From an uncultured Bacillota bacterium (lineage in GTDB: Bacteria > Sysuimicrobiota > Sysuimicrobiia > Sysuimicrobiales > Segetimicrobiaceae), in NCBI GenBank assembly GCA_963804645.1, contig CAWDRG010000022.1, positions 96,001 through 160,000 of the forward strand: 64,000 bases of DNA, read 5' to 3'. The notes beneath the pieces were generated by a model. That model saw only the letters and a program-made list of their open reading frames with translations, was not told the DNA's origin and searched no databases. Positions within the stretch are counted from its first letter, which is position 1; each line of letters opens with the position of its first letter. Made by a program: the position numbers and the translations under genes. Positions 50,446 through 59,377 of this stretch are shown in pieces.

Positions 50446-51519
50446 GTGGAATTGACGTTGGAGCACGTCTCCAAAGAGTTCGGCCGCGTCAGAGCGGTCG
50501 ATGACGTCTCCCTGACAGTCCGCGACGGTGAGCTCGTGGCGTTGCTGGGCCCTTCAGGCTGTGGCAAGTCAACCACGCTCTTCCTCGTGGCCGGGCTGTA
50601 CCGGCCGTCGGCGGGACGTATTTTGTTCGGACAGCGCGTGGTCAACGACGTGAGTCCACAATCCCGCGGCGTGGGCTTGGTCTTCCAGAGCTACGCACTG
50701 TACCCGCACTTAACCACCTTCGAGAATATCGCGTTCCCGCTGCGCGTGAAGCGGGCGTCCCGCGCGGAGGTGACCCGACGGGTGCACGAGGTCGCCGAGC
50801 TGACCGGCATCACCGAGTGCCTGCCGAGACCGCCGGCCCAGTTGTCTGGCGGACAACAGCAGCGCGTGGCACTTTGCCGGGCGCTCGTGAAGGCGCCCGC
50901 GATCCTGCTGCTGGACGAACCGCTCTCCAACCTCGACGCTCGGCTCCGCGAAGCCACGCGGGCGGAGATCAAACGGCTGCAACGGGAACTGGGGATCACG
51001 ACGCTTTTCGTTTCCCACGACCAGGCCGAGGCGCTAGGGATCGCCGATCGGGTCGGGATCATGGACCACGGTAAACTCGTGGTGCTGATGACACCGATGG
51101 ATTTGTATCAACGGCCGCCGTCGCGCTTCGTCGCGGAGTTTATCGGCACGCCGCCGATGAACTTCATGCCGGTTCAAGTGGCGGAGAATGGTATCCTGTT
51201 CGATGGCGCGTCGCTTCGACAGCTGCCGCGCCCCATCGCTCAGGGCGCGTACATGCTCGGCGTGCGGCCCGAGCATCTCCACGTAGCGGCCGACGGCACT
51301 CTACCCGCCCGGATCGTGCTCGTCGAAACCCTGGGCCGAGACCTGCTGATCCACGCGAACTGCGGGGGCGTGCGCCTGCGGATCCTCGCCGACCCGGAGA
51401 CGCACGTCGGGCCCGACGATCACGTCCGCCTACGGCTCGACTGGGATCGCGCGCACCTGTTCGAAGCGGACAGCGGACGGGTCGTGCCGTTCGCCGGGAA
51501 AGAAGGGAGCGTGCTATGA
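50446..51519 (+). CDS. ABC ATP-binding protein (MalK-like)
   Basis: GPSGCGKS, VFQSYALYPH, LSGGQQQR and DEPLSNLDA motifs. Confidence 0.95.
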   Translation: MELTLEHVSKEFGRVRAVDDVSLTVRDGELVALLGPSGCGKSTTLFLVAGLYRPSAGRILFGQRVVNDVSPQSRGVGLVFQSYALYPHLTTFENIAFPLRVKRASRAEVTRRVHEVAELTGITECLPRPPAQLSGGQQQRVALCRALVKAPAILLLDEPLSNLDARLREATRAEIKRLQRELGITTLFVSHDQAEALGIADRVGIMDHGKLVVLMTPMDLYQRPPSRFVAEFIGTPPMNFMPVQVAENGILFDGASLRQLPRPIAQGAYMLGVRPEHLHVAADGTLPARIVLVETLGRDLLIHANCGGVRLRILADPETHVGPDDHVRLRLDWDRAHLFEADSGRVVPFAGKEGSVL

Positions 51520-52865
51520 CCGCACGGCGCAACGCGGTGGTCCTGCTCGTCGACAGCCTACGCTACGACTTCGTTGGATTCAACGGCAACGCGCGGATTC
51601 GAACACCGTGCCTCGATGCGTTCGCGCGGCGGGCGGCCGTCTTCGATCAGGCCGTGGTGGGTTCCTACCCGTGTCTGCCGTGCCGGCGGGAGATGTGGAC
51701 GGGCCGCTACGAGTTCCCGTTTCGGGGCTGGGGACCGCTTGAGCGCAGCGACGTGATCTTCTCGGAGTTGGCCCGCGGCGCAGGGTATACGACGATGTTT
51801 ATCACCGACAACTATCTGCTCTGCTACCAAGATGGAGACTACCAGCGCGGCTTCTGCTGGGATCTCATCCGGGGACAGGAGCACGACGCCTGGGTGACCG
51901 ATCCGACGCTGCCGATCGTGCTGCCGTGCCGGCCGGAGAAGCTCCGCGACCCCTACGGCCGAGTCGCCCAGTACTTGCGGAACACCGCTTCGTGGCGCAC
52001 CGAGGAGGACCATTTCGGCCCTCAGGTCATGCGCCGTGCGTCCGAATGGCTTGAGCGCAACCGGACGCTCGACGGATTTCTCCTGTGGGTGGATTGCTTC
52101 GACCCGCACGAACCCTGGGACCCGCCCTATCAGTACCACCAACTCTACAACCCGGGCTATCAGGGCGAGCGTGTTTTCTACCCAGCGTACGGCCGTGCTG
52201 ATTCGCTGTCGGATGAGGAGCTGGCCGAGTGTCGAGCGCTCTACGCGGGTGAAGTCACGATGGTCGACCGATGGATCGGGCGCGTGCTGGAGAAACTCGA
52301 GGACCTCGGCCTGCTGCGGAACACCCTGGTGGCGATCATCACCGATCACGGCTATATGTTCGGCGAGCACGGGCTCCTGGGGAAACCCTGGGCCGCACTC
52401 GCCGAGTCGAACCTCTATCGTGAAGTGGCGCACCTCCCGTGGGTCATGTTTCATCCCGAGGGGGCGGGCGCCGGTCGCCGCTTCGACGCGCTTGTGCAGC
52501 CGGTCGATCTATTCGCGACCCTCCTCGCGTGGTTGGATGTGCCGGTCCCCGGTCCCGTCCATTCGCGCAGCCTGCTGCCGCTGTTGGAGGGCCGTGCCCC
52601 GCGCATTCGTGACCACGCGTTCTGGGGGCGCTTCGGAGAGGCGATACACATTACCGATGGGAGCTGGGAGGCCTTCTTCTGGCCGGAGGGGGCACCGTAC
52701 CGGGACCGGCTCTATCACCTCGCCGTCGATCCGGCCGAGACCAGCGACCTCTCGGACTCGCATCCCGATGCGCTTCGGCGCTTGCGCGACAGCGCCCAGG
52801 CGTGGCTACGTGAGATCGGCGGGCCGGACCTCCGACGGCGAGCGTTTGTGCGTGATCATGTGTAG
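51516..52865 (+). CDS. Cys-type (formylglycine-dependent) sulfatase
   Basis: VDSLRYD, CLPCR (CxPxR), DPHEPWDPP and TDHG motifs. Confidence 0.9.
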   Translation: MTARRNAVVLLVDSLRYDFVGFNGNARIRTPCLDAFARRAAVFDQAVVGSYPCLPCRREMWTGRYEFPFRGWGPLERSDVIFSELARGAGYTTMFITDNYLLCYQDGDYQRGFCWDLIRGQEHDAWVTDPTLPIVLPCRPEKLRDPYGRVAQYLRNTASWRTEEDHFGPQVMRRASEWLERNRTLDGFLLWVDCFDPHEPWDPPYQYHQLYNPGYQGERVFYPAYGRADSLSDEELAECRALYAGEVTMVDRWIGRVLEKLEDLGLLRNTLVAIITDHGYMFGEHGLLGKPWAALAESNLYREVAHLPWVMFHPEGAGAGRRFDALVQPVDLFATLLAWLDVPVPGPVHSRSLLPLLEGRAPRIRDHAFWGRFGEAIHITDGSWEAFFWPEGAPYRDRLYHLAVDPAETSDLSDSHPDALRRLRDSAQAWLREIGGPDLRRRAFVRDHV

Positions 52866-52936
52866 AGGAGACCCGACGACCATTGGGACGCCGTTCTCGA
52901 TGTGCGGCGCGGGCCCTGCGATCGGTGAGGGCGGCG

Positions 52937-53842
52937 ATGTCGAACCAGGATCTATCTGAAGTCCACGCCCACCTGTGCGCCGCCGCGGACGCTCTGTTGA
53001 AGGCGGCCGTGCGCATGGATTGGGGCGCGCGTAGGATCGAGGACGACCCGGTTATCGAGGCGACGATCACGACGCTCCGGGCCATCGTTGGCATGCATCA
53101 CGCTGATCCTCGCGCCTTCGAACAGCTCGCGATCCTGCTGCACAATGTCGGACGCCTCAACGCAGCGGCCCGTCTGTACGCCGAAGTCAACCGCCTTGAT
53201 CCGCCGTATCCTCCCGACGACCGGCAACGTCAGGCCATCGAGGATCTCTGCCCGCGTCTGCTGACCACCCGGCCCGAGTGGTTCAGGTTATCCGATTGCG
53301 CGGCGATTCACCATCCGGTGGATCCGGTCATCGGGTTCCATTTCTTTTGGGAGGATGACTGGGACTATCCCGACGATGACGAACCGTGCGACCACGAGGT
53401 CGTCTGGGTTCGGTACCGGCCGCCGGCGCTTGTGCCCGTCGAAGTAATGACGTATTTTCATGGACGCATCCTGACCGGGTCCATGTCCGCTACGCCGGCG
53501 CGTCCGGCGGTCTGCGTGCAGTGGGGCAAGCACGGCTCGCTGCCCGCCGGATGGGAGCACGCGGATGAGCTGCGCGCGGCGTTGCGTTGCGACTTCGACG
53601 CATCCCAGCAGGGAGGACGCGTGCCGGATCATCCGCGAAAGCGCGCCTGGCCGCGTCAGTTCCCCGGTGGATGGCCGGAGTATACGCGGTTCGACCGCGA
53701 GGTCGACCCGCTTCCGTTAATTCGAACGCGGAAGTGGTGTGCCAGCGCTCGCTGGGCGAACGCGGCGCTGCACGATCTCTTTGTCCCTTACAATTTCCAT
53801 GCAAAGCGAGAGTGGCCAGACGACGGCCTGGTCAACCTCTGA
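52937..53842 (+). CDS. Hypothetical protein (TPR-like N-terminus, acidic/His-rich C-terminal domain)
   Basis: FWEDDWDYPDDDEPCDHE, YFHG and WGKHG motifs; last gene of the ABC/sulfatase operon. Confidence 0.6.
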   Translation: MSNQDLSEVHAHLCAAADALLKAAVRMDWGARRIEDDPVIEATITTLRAIVGMHHADPRAFEQLAILLHNVGRLNAAARLYAEVNRLDPPYPPDDRQRQAIEDLCPRLLTTRPEWFRLSDCAAIHHPVDPVIGFHFFWEDDWDYPDDDEPCDHEVVWVRYRPPALVPVEVMTYFHGRILTGSMSATPARPAVCVQWGKHGSLPAGWEHADELRAALRCDFDASQQGGRVPDHPRKRAWPRQFPGGWPEYTRFDREVDPLPLIRTRKWCASARWANAALHDLFVPYNFHAKREWPDDGLVNL

Positions 53843-53929
53843 TCCCACCCGAAGGGCTCGCTAGCGGAGCGGGCAGCGGTGTGATGAGCGCAATCTCTTT
53901 CCGTGAGCCGCGATGATTCCGCGACACCC

Positions 53930-54142
53930 GAACCCGCAGATAGGCATACTCCCGAATGTCCCATCCATACATCTTGTCGTACAGGGTGTAGAACCGAGAT
54001 TGTGGCTTCTTCTCACCTTGGCGTGGAGCTGCCGCTGAAGGGTCCGAATCCGCTCCGGGATTCCTAAGCTCCTCGCCAATCCTCCATCATTTCGCTCCGT
54101 TGAACGGCATCTCAGAACTGAGGTCTCTTCCCTCCGCCGGCT
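53930..54142 (-). pseudogene. Group II intron remnant (RNA segment plus frameshifted start of the RT/maturase ORF)
   Basis: GCCGGCGGAGGGAAGAGACCTCAGTTC, then PERIRTLQRQLHAK and in another frame KPQSRFYTLYDKMY.WDI..YAY.RVR. Confidence 0.75.
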
Positions 54143-54170
54143 TTGTGGAGGCGGCGGGAATCGAACCCGC
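54143..54170 (-). repeat. Copy of the tmRNA 3' end (att)
   Basis: 27/28 identical to 55264-55291. Confidence 0.93.
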
Positions 54171-54229
54171 ACCCCCAAGCTTCGTCCCAAGACACTTGGA
54201 AATCCCAAGAATAGACCGATCCACATGGT

Positions 54230-54268
54230 ATACATTTTTGTATCAAACTAACTACATTATTGTATAAT
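54230..54268 (+). promoter_or_regulatory. Promoter with tandem TACA-N4-TGTA operators
   Basis: ATACATTTTTGTAT (54230) and TACATTATTGTA (54253), the second overlapping TATAAT (54263); ATG 6 nt downstream. Confidence 0.65.
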
Positions 54269-54274
54269 ATGCCC

Positions 54275-54598
54275 ATGGACGATAAACTCTTCGGTTCCTC
54301 AATCAGGACCGATACGCTAGTCACTATCGGTCGCCTTCAACGGACTTACTCGTCTGAGATTGCCCGTCTGCTTGGCCGGCGAGTTGTCGAGATTCAGCGG
54401 GCCGTGGCGTCCCTCGAACTCGCAGGGGTGATCGTAACCAACCGCCTGGGCAACACACGGATTGTGGAACTCAATCCGACCTTTCCCGTAAGAGATGAAT
54501 TGTACGCGTTGCTATTACGCATGAGCGAGTTACCGATATACGTAGATCGTTGGTCAAAGATCCGGCGTCGCCCACGCGCCATGGGCAAGCCGTCATGA
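54275..54598 (+). CDS. Winged-HTH protein (putative antitoxin/regulator)
   Basis: LFGS.IRT, Y.SEIARLLG..V..IQRAV.SLE.AGVI and G.TR...LNP.FP...EL motifs. Confidence 0.75.
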   Translation: MDDKLFGSSIRTDTLVTIGRLQRTYSSEIARLLGRRVVEIQRAVASLELAGVIVTNRLGNTRIVELNPTFPVRDELYALLLRMSELPIYVDRWSKIRRRPRAMGKPS

Positions 54599-55161
54599 AA
54601 TTCTCCGGTATGTCGCTCGTCGAGGTGGCCGCACTCGTCGCTGCACATTTGAAGACTTATGGAATTGAGGTTGTCGTTGTCGGCGGCAGCGCCATCACGT
54701 GTCATGTTCCTGCGGTGTATACCTCGATGGATATTGACTTTGCCGTCACGTCGGGCATCGATCGACGCAGGATCACCCGTGCGTTGCACGAACTCGGCTT
54801 TGAGTTACGCGGGCGAGTCTTTGTCCATCCTGACACCATGTATCCACTGGACTTTGTGGCAGATCGACCATATGTCGAGCAGGACCCCATCTATGACTTT
54901 GCGGCGATTCATACGCCCACAGGTACCGTCCAAGTCCTCCGCCTCGAAGACGCCATCGCCGATCGCATCGCCGCATTCCTTCACTGGAGTGATTCCGAAT
55001 CGCTCGAGGTGGCGGTACGCGCTGCAATCGCTGCACGAGATCGGCTGACGTGGCCACGCGTGAGCGCTGCGTTACGAAGACTGGATACAACGTCGCCAGA
55101 CACTGAGCAGCGCATGACCTTAGCACACGTGCGATTGAGGCGCGCGATCGCGGACGCATAG
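54595..55161 (+). CDS. Minimal nucleotidyltransferase-like protein
   Basis: VVVGGSA...Y.S.DIDF (GS...DxD motif); ATGA-coupled to the HTH gene. Confidence 0.75.
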   Translation: MKFSGMSLVEVAALVAAHLKTYGIEVVVVGGSAITCHVPAVYTSMDIDFAVTSGIDRRRITRALHELGFELRGRVFVHPDTMYPLDFVADRPYVEQDPIYDFAAIHTPTGTVQVLRLEDAIADRIAAFLHWSDSESLEVAVRAAIAARDRLTWPRVSAALRRLDTTSPDTEQRMTLAHVRLRRAIADA

Positions 55162-55263
55162 CAACAGGCCCAACGATCGCTCTCGTCGAACGTGGCGCGC
55201 GTCGAAATACCTCGTCTAAGAGAGCAACACCCCGATTCGGGTCACGCTGGCGCTTATCGGGCA

Positions 55264-55614
55264 TGGTGGAGGCGGCGGGAATCGAACCCGCGTCCTGAAG
55301 CCGCGAGGGCAGGGCATCTACGCGCGTATCCTGCGGTTTGGTGTCGCGGGACCGGACTCCCGCAGGCCGGATTCCAATCCCGCCAGCTCTCTAGGTCTTA
55401 GCCGGCCCTCCCGGAGCGAGGAGAACCGGAGCATCCGGCTGGTGACGCTCGATCCCCGCCCGCCGGCGCTGCGGGGGGAGCGACGCTACTTAATTAAGCA
55501 GCGTATGCGAGCTGATTGTCGGCGTGTATGCGCCGTCCAGTTGTTTAACGAGGACCTGGACCACCTCGGCGCGCCACCCTGCTTCTGCCTGCTCAGTCGA
55601 AGCCGTTCGCCCCC
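55264..55614 (-). ncRNA. ssrA: tmRNA
   Basis: 5' GGGGGCG pairs with 3' CGCCUCC-ACCA (G3.U wobble); T arm GCGGG-UUCGAUU-CCCGC; tag ORF 55523-55494 encodes ADNQLAYAA*; smpB lies nearby. Confidence 0.97.
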
Positions 55615-55658
55615 ATCGATTGATGTACCGGAGCCTCATACAGGCCCCGGCCAACCTC

Positions 55659-55667
55659 ATTATACCA
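55659..55667 (-). promoter_or_regulatory. Extended -10 promoter of ssrA
   Basis: TGGTATAAT (TGn-TATAAT) about 45 nt upstream of the mature 5' end. Confidence 0.65.
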
Positions 55668-55855
55668 CGCGCCGCACATCCGCCATCCCCTCCGGTCCGT
55701 ACGCGTCGAGCGCGGTGCGCGATCCGGCCGGAGCGAGGGACCGAGTTGTTCCAGCGTGAAGTACTCAGGGATTCCACCGGCACGCGAGGCCGCGCCCGAT
55801 CGCGGAGCCAGTACGGCCGGCGAGGGCGCAACCGACCACATTGGGGGGGCAGCCG

Positions 55856-57277
55856 ATGAACACGACCGATCTGTGCTTTACACCGGCGACCGAGCTCAAG
55901 CAACTCATTGCCGCGCGCAAGCTTTCCCCCGTCGAGCTCGTGGACGCCATCTTGACGCGCATCGAGCAGCTGAACCCCATCCTCAACGCGTACCTGACCG
56001 TGACGCCGGATCTCGCGCGGGCCCGGGCCCGCGAGTCCGAGGCCCGGGCCCGCGCCGGCACTCTCCGCGGCCCGCTCGACGGCATCCCCTATTCGGTCAA
56101 GGACCTCGAGCTGACGGCGGGCGTCCGCACGACCTTTGGGTCGAAGTGGTTCGAGCACAACGTGCCTGACACGGACGGGGCGGTCGCGGCGCGCCTGAAG
56201 AGGGCCGACGGGGTGCTTCTCGGCAAGACGAACACTCCGCACTACGGCCACAAAGATATGGCCGACAATCTGATCGGTCCGCCGTGCTGGAATCCCTGGA
56301 AACTCGATCGCACCTCGGGGGGATCGTCGGGCGGGGCGTGCGCCGCGGTGGCCTCGGGGCTCGGGCCCCTCGCGCACGGATCCGACGGCGCGGGCTCGAT
56401 CCGGATCCCGGCGGCCCTGTGCGGCGTCTTCGGTCTGAAGCCCTCGCTCGGGCGCATCCCGTACTACCCGAGCCCGGACCTGTGGGCCGGACGCTCTCAC
56501 AACGGCCCGATCACGCGCACGGTCCGCGACGCAGCGCTGATGCTGGGCGTCATGGCGGGCCCGGACCCCCGAGACCCCCTCACCATCGATGCGCCGCCGG
56601 AGGACTACGTGGCCGCCTGCGACGGTGAGATCAAAGGCCTCCGCGTCGCGTGGAGCGGTGATCTCGGATTCGGGGCCTGCGACCCCGAGGTGCGGCGGAT
56701 CGCGGAAGCCGCCGCGCGCCGCTTCACCGACCTCGGCTGCACGGTCGAGGCGCCAACCGTCACCTGGCCGAACCCGCGCGAGTTCCACAAGATCATCTGG
56801 GAGGTCAGCGTCGGCACTCGCAACCTCGAGCACGCGCTCGAACGCCCCGACTGGATCGAGCCGAGCCTCGCCCAGATGGTCATCAACGCCGGCCGCGTGA
56901 GCGCGATTGACTTTCAGAAGGCCCTGCTCGCGCGGACCGAGTTCACGAACGCGGTGACCCGGTTCTTCGAGGATTACGACCTACTGCTGACGCCGCAGAT
57001 GCCGATCGGGGCCTGGTCGGGCGCACCCGGCGCCAACCAAGGCCCGCGCGACATCGACGGCCGGCCGGGGACGATGTTCGACCGGCTCTGCTTCACCTAC
57101 CCATTCAACCTGACGGGGCAGCCGGCCGCGTCGGTCCCGTGCGGGTTCACGTCCGAGGGGCTCCCGGTCGGCCTGCAGGTCGTCGGCCGCTGGCACGCCG
57201 ACGCGCTCGTGCTGCGCGCGTCCGCGGCGTTTGAGGCCGCCCAGCCGTGGGCGGACCGCCGCCCGCCGGTGGGTTAG
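55856..57277 (+). CDS. Amidase signature family protein
   Basis: GIPYSVKD, GKTNTP, GGSSGG, GSDGAGSIRIPA and GLPVGLQ motifs. Confidence 0.93.
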   Translation: MNTTDLCFTPATELKQLIAARKLSPVELVDAILTRIEQLNPILNAYLTVTPDLARARARESEARARAGTLRGPLDGIPYSVKDLELTAGVRTTFGSKWFEHNVPDTDGAVAARLKRADGVLLGKTNTPHYGHKDMADNLIGPPCWNPWKLDRTSGGSSGGACAAVASGLGPLAHGSDGAGSIRIPAALCGVFGLKPSLGRIPYYPSPDLWAGRSHNGPITRTVRDAALMLGVMAGPDPRDPLTIDAPPEDYVAACDGEIKGLRVAWSGDLGFGACDPEVRRIAEAAARRFTDLGCTVEAPTVTWPNPREFHKIIWEVSVGTRNLEHALERPDWIEPSLAQMVINAGRVSAIDFQKALLARTEFTNAVTRFFEDYDLLLTPQMPIGAWSGAPGANQGPRDIDGRPGTMFDRLCFTYPFNLTGQPAASVPCGFTSEGLPVGLQVVGRWHADALVLRASAAFEAAQPWADRRPPVG

Positions 57278-57933
57278 GCGAGCGGCGCGCCCCCGAGGAT
57301 GAGGACGTGCACGTCCCCGGGGCCGTGGACCCCGGTCACGTGCTGGAGGTCGATGTCGGCGGTCCCGCTGGGTCCCGAGATGAGGGTCACCGTGTGCTCC
57401 ACCGGCGACGCCGACAGCGCCGTGAACAGGTCGTCGAGACTCGGCAGCACCGCCTCCGCCCGCAGCACCGCCACGTGAAGCGGCGGGACCAGTGACAGGC
57501 TGCGCGGCTGCGACGGGCGCGAGACTTCGACGAGCGTCGCGGTCTCGGCGACGGCGTAGGTGGGGACCGTCACCCCTGCGTCAATCTGCGGGAGCACCGC
57601 ATGCACCGCCTCGAGCGAACGCGGCGGCTCGACCAGCGCCATGCCGGCGGCTTCGATCGCCCGGGCGAGCCCGATCTCCGCAAGCAGCGGGTCCGTCGAG
57701 AGCACGACGCGCTTGACTCCCGCGGCGGCCAGCACGCCCACCACGGCCGCCGCGCCGGCTGCGTCGGCCGCCTGCGCGCACGCCGCGTGGGGACGCCGCC
57801 ACCGCTGCGCGAACTGCGCGAGCGCGGGGCCGCGGTCGCGCGCGGGCGACGGCGCCAGAAAATTCGGGGCCACTCCCGGCGGCTGCGCGCCGGTCGCGGC
57901 GCTGACCCGCGCAAGGAACGCGTCACGCGTCAC
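57274..57933 (-). CDS. lutC: LutC/YkgG family (LUD domain)
   Basis: AETATL, RSLSLVPPLH and ISGPSGTADI....V.GVHGP motifs. Confidence 0.85.
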   Translation of the reverse strand: MTRDAFLARVSAATGAQPPGVAPNFLAPSPARDRGPALAQFAQRWRRPHAACAQAADAAGAAAVVGVLAAAGVKRVVLSTDPLLAEIGLARAIEAAGMALVEPPRSLEAVHAVLPQIDAGVTVPTYAVAETATLVEVSRPSQPRSLSLVPPLHVAVLRAEAVLPSLDDLFTALSASPVEHTVTLISGPSGTADIDLQHVTGVHGPGDVHVLILGGAPLA

Positions 57934-59377
57934 GGCTGCCCGTCCCCGCGTCCGGCCGGCCCGACGCGCCGCCGCCATCGAGGAATGACGCGCGCGGCGG
58001 CGCCGGAAAGTCCCGCCGGCGCGTCCAGCTCCCCAGCGGCCCCGGGAGCCGCGGAATCCGATCGCCGCGCACGAACGGCCGGAGCGCCGCACGCAGCGCG
58101 CGGCCGGCCCACGCCCAGCGCGTGGGGGTCGCGGCGGCCCACGCGTATCCCTGCATCGCGAGCCGCTCGAACGGGGTCACCCCCTCCCCTGCCGCGGCGG
58201 CGCGCCGCCGCATCACGAGGAGCAGCTTCGGCAGATCGATCTTGACCGGACAGACCTCCTGGCAGTATCCGCACAGCGAGCTCGCGAAGGGCAGCGTCCC
58301 GGCGCGCTCCAGCCCCTGGTACAGCGGGGTCAGCACGGCGCCGATCGGCCCCGAGTAGATGCTGCCGTAGGCGTGGCCGCCGGCGCGCTCGTACACCGGG
58401 CAGACGTTGAGGCACGCGGCGCACCGAATGCACTGCAGCGATTCGCGCACCTCCCTATCGGCCAGGATCCGGCTGCGGCCGTTGTCCAGCACGACGACGT
58501 GCAGCTCGTCGGGCCCGTCGGCCTCTCCGGCACGCCGGGGCCCGGTGATCATCGACACGTACTCCGCCATCCGCCCCCCGGTCGCGCTGAGCGGCAGCAC
58601 GCGCAGCATCACCGCGAGCGCAGCAAGGTTCGGGACGAGCTTCTCCATCCCCATCACCGCGACGTGGATGCGCGGCAGCGTCGTGACCATGCGGGCGTTG
58701 CCCTCGTTTTCGAAGACGACGAGCGTGCCCGTCTCGGCGACGCCGAAGTTGACCCCGCTGATGCCCATCTCGGCGCGCAGGAATCGCTCCCGCAGATAGG
58801 TCCGCGCCGCTCGGGTCAGCTGCTCCGGCACCGTCGTCGGCGCCGCGCCGATCTTCGCGGCGAACAGAGCCCCGATCTCGGCGCGGCTCCGATGAATCGC
58901 CGGGGCGACGAAGTGAATCGGGGCCTCCTCCCCCAACTGGACGATGAACTCGCCGAGGTCGGTCTCCGTCACCTCGATCCCATCGCGCTCGAGCGACGGG
59001 TTGAGCTCGATCTCGTCCGTGGTCGACGACTTGCTCTTGATGATCCGCCGCACGCCGCGCCGCCGCGCGAGGTCGCCGATGATGCGGCGCGCCTCGGCGC
59101 CGTCGCCCGCCCAGTGCACCTGGCCCCCGGCCGCACGCACGTTCCGGTCGAAGTGGTCGAGGTAGGTGTCGAGGTGCGCCAGCGTGTGCGCCTTGATCGT
59201 CCGCGCCTGCTCGCGCCACTCCTCCCACCCGGCAAAGTCCTTGAGCACCTCCGCGCGCCGGGCGCGGAAGACGTGCACGGCGTGGCCGACGTTGTGTTGA
59301 AACGCCGGGTCGTCGAGGACCCGCCGTGCGTGGTCGAGAAACTCAATCGGCCCGTCGGAGGCGTGGTCGGCCGTCAT
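57923..59377 (-). CDS. lutB: LutB/YkgF iron-sulfur lactate utilisation protein
   Basis: KSKS, ETDLGE, NEGN, CIRCAACLNVCPVY and CGYCQEVCPV motifs. Confidence 0.93.
   Translation of the reverse strand: MTADHASDGPIEFLDHARRVLDDPAFQHNVGHAVHVFRARRAEVLKDFAGWEEWREQARTIKAHTLAHLDTYLDHFDRNVRAAGGQVHWAGDGAEARRIIGDLARRRGVRRIIKSKSSTTDEIELNPSLERDGIEVTETDLGEFIVQLGEEAPIHFVAPAIHRSRAEIGALFAAKIGAAPTTVPEQLTRAARTYLRERFLRAEMGISGVNFGVAETGTLVVFENEGNARMVTTLPRIHVAVMGMEKLVPNLAALAVMLRVLPLSATGGRMAEYVSMITGPRRAGEADGPDELHVVVLDNGRSRILADREVRESLQCIRCAACLNVCPVYERAGGHAYGSIYSGPIGAVLTPLYQGLERAGTLPFASSLCGYCQEVCPVKIDLPKLLLVMRRRAAAAGEGVTPFERLAMQGYAWAAATPTRWAWAGRALRAALRPFVRGDRIPRLPGPLGSWTRRRDFPAPPRASFLDGGGASGRPDAGTGSRDA

Noticed and set aside
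53930..54142. Active retroelement (group II intron, retron or DGR)
   Set aside because: Only about 50 frameshifted codons; no YxDD RT core or intron domain V/VI seen.
39556..54170. Repeats as tRNA genes
   Set aside because: Only the T arm and 3' acceptor strand are present; there is no D arm, anticodon arm or 5' strand.
31839..55291. 28-bp direct repeats as a CRISPR array
   Set aside because: Spacing is 0.8-9 kb and contains genes, the repeat is the tmRNA 3' end, and there are no cas genes.
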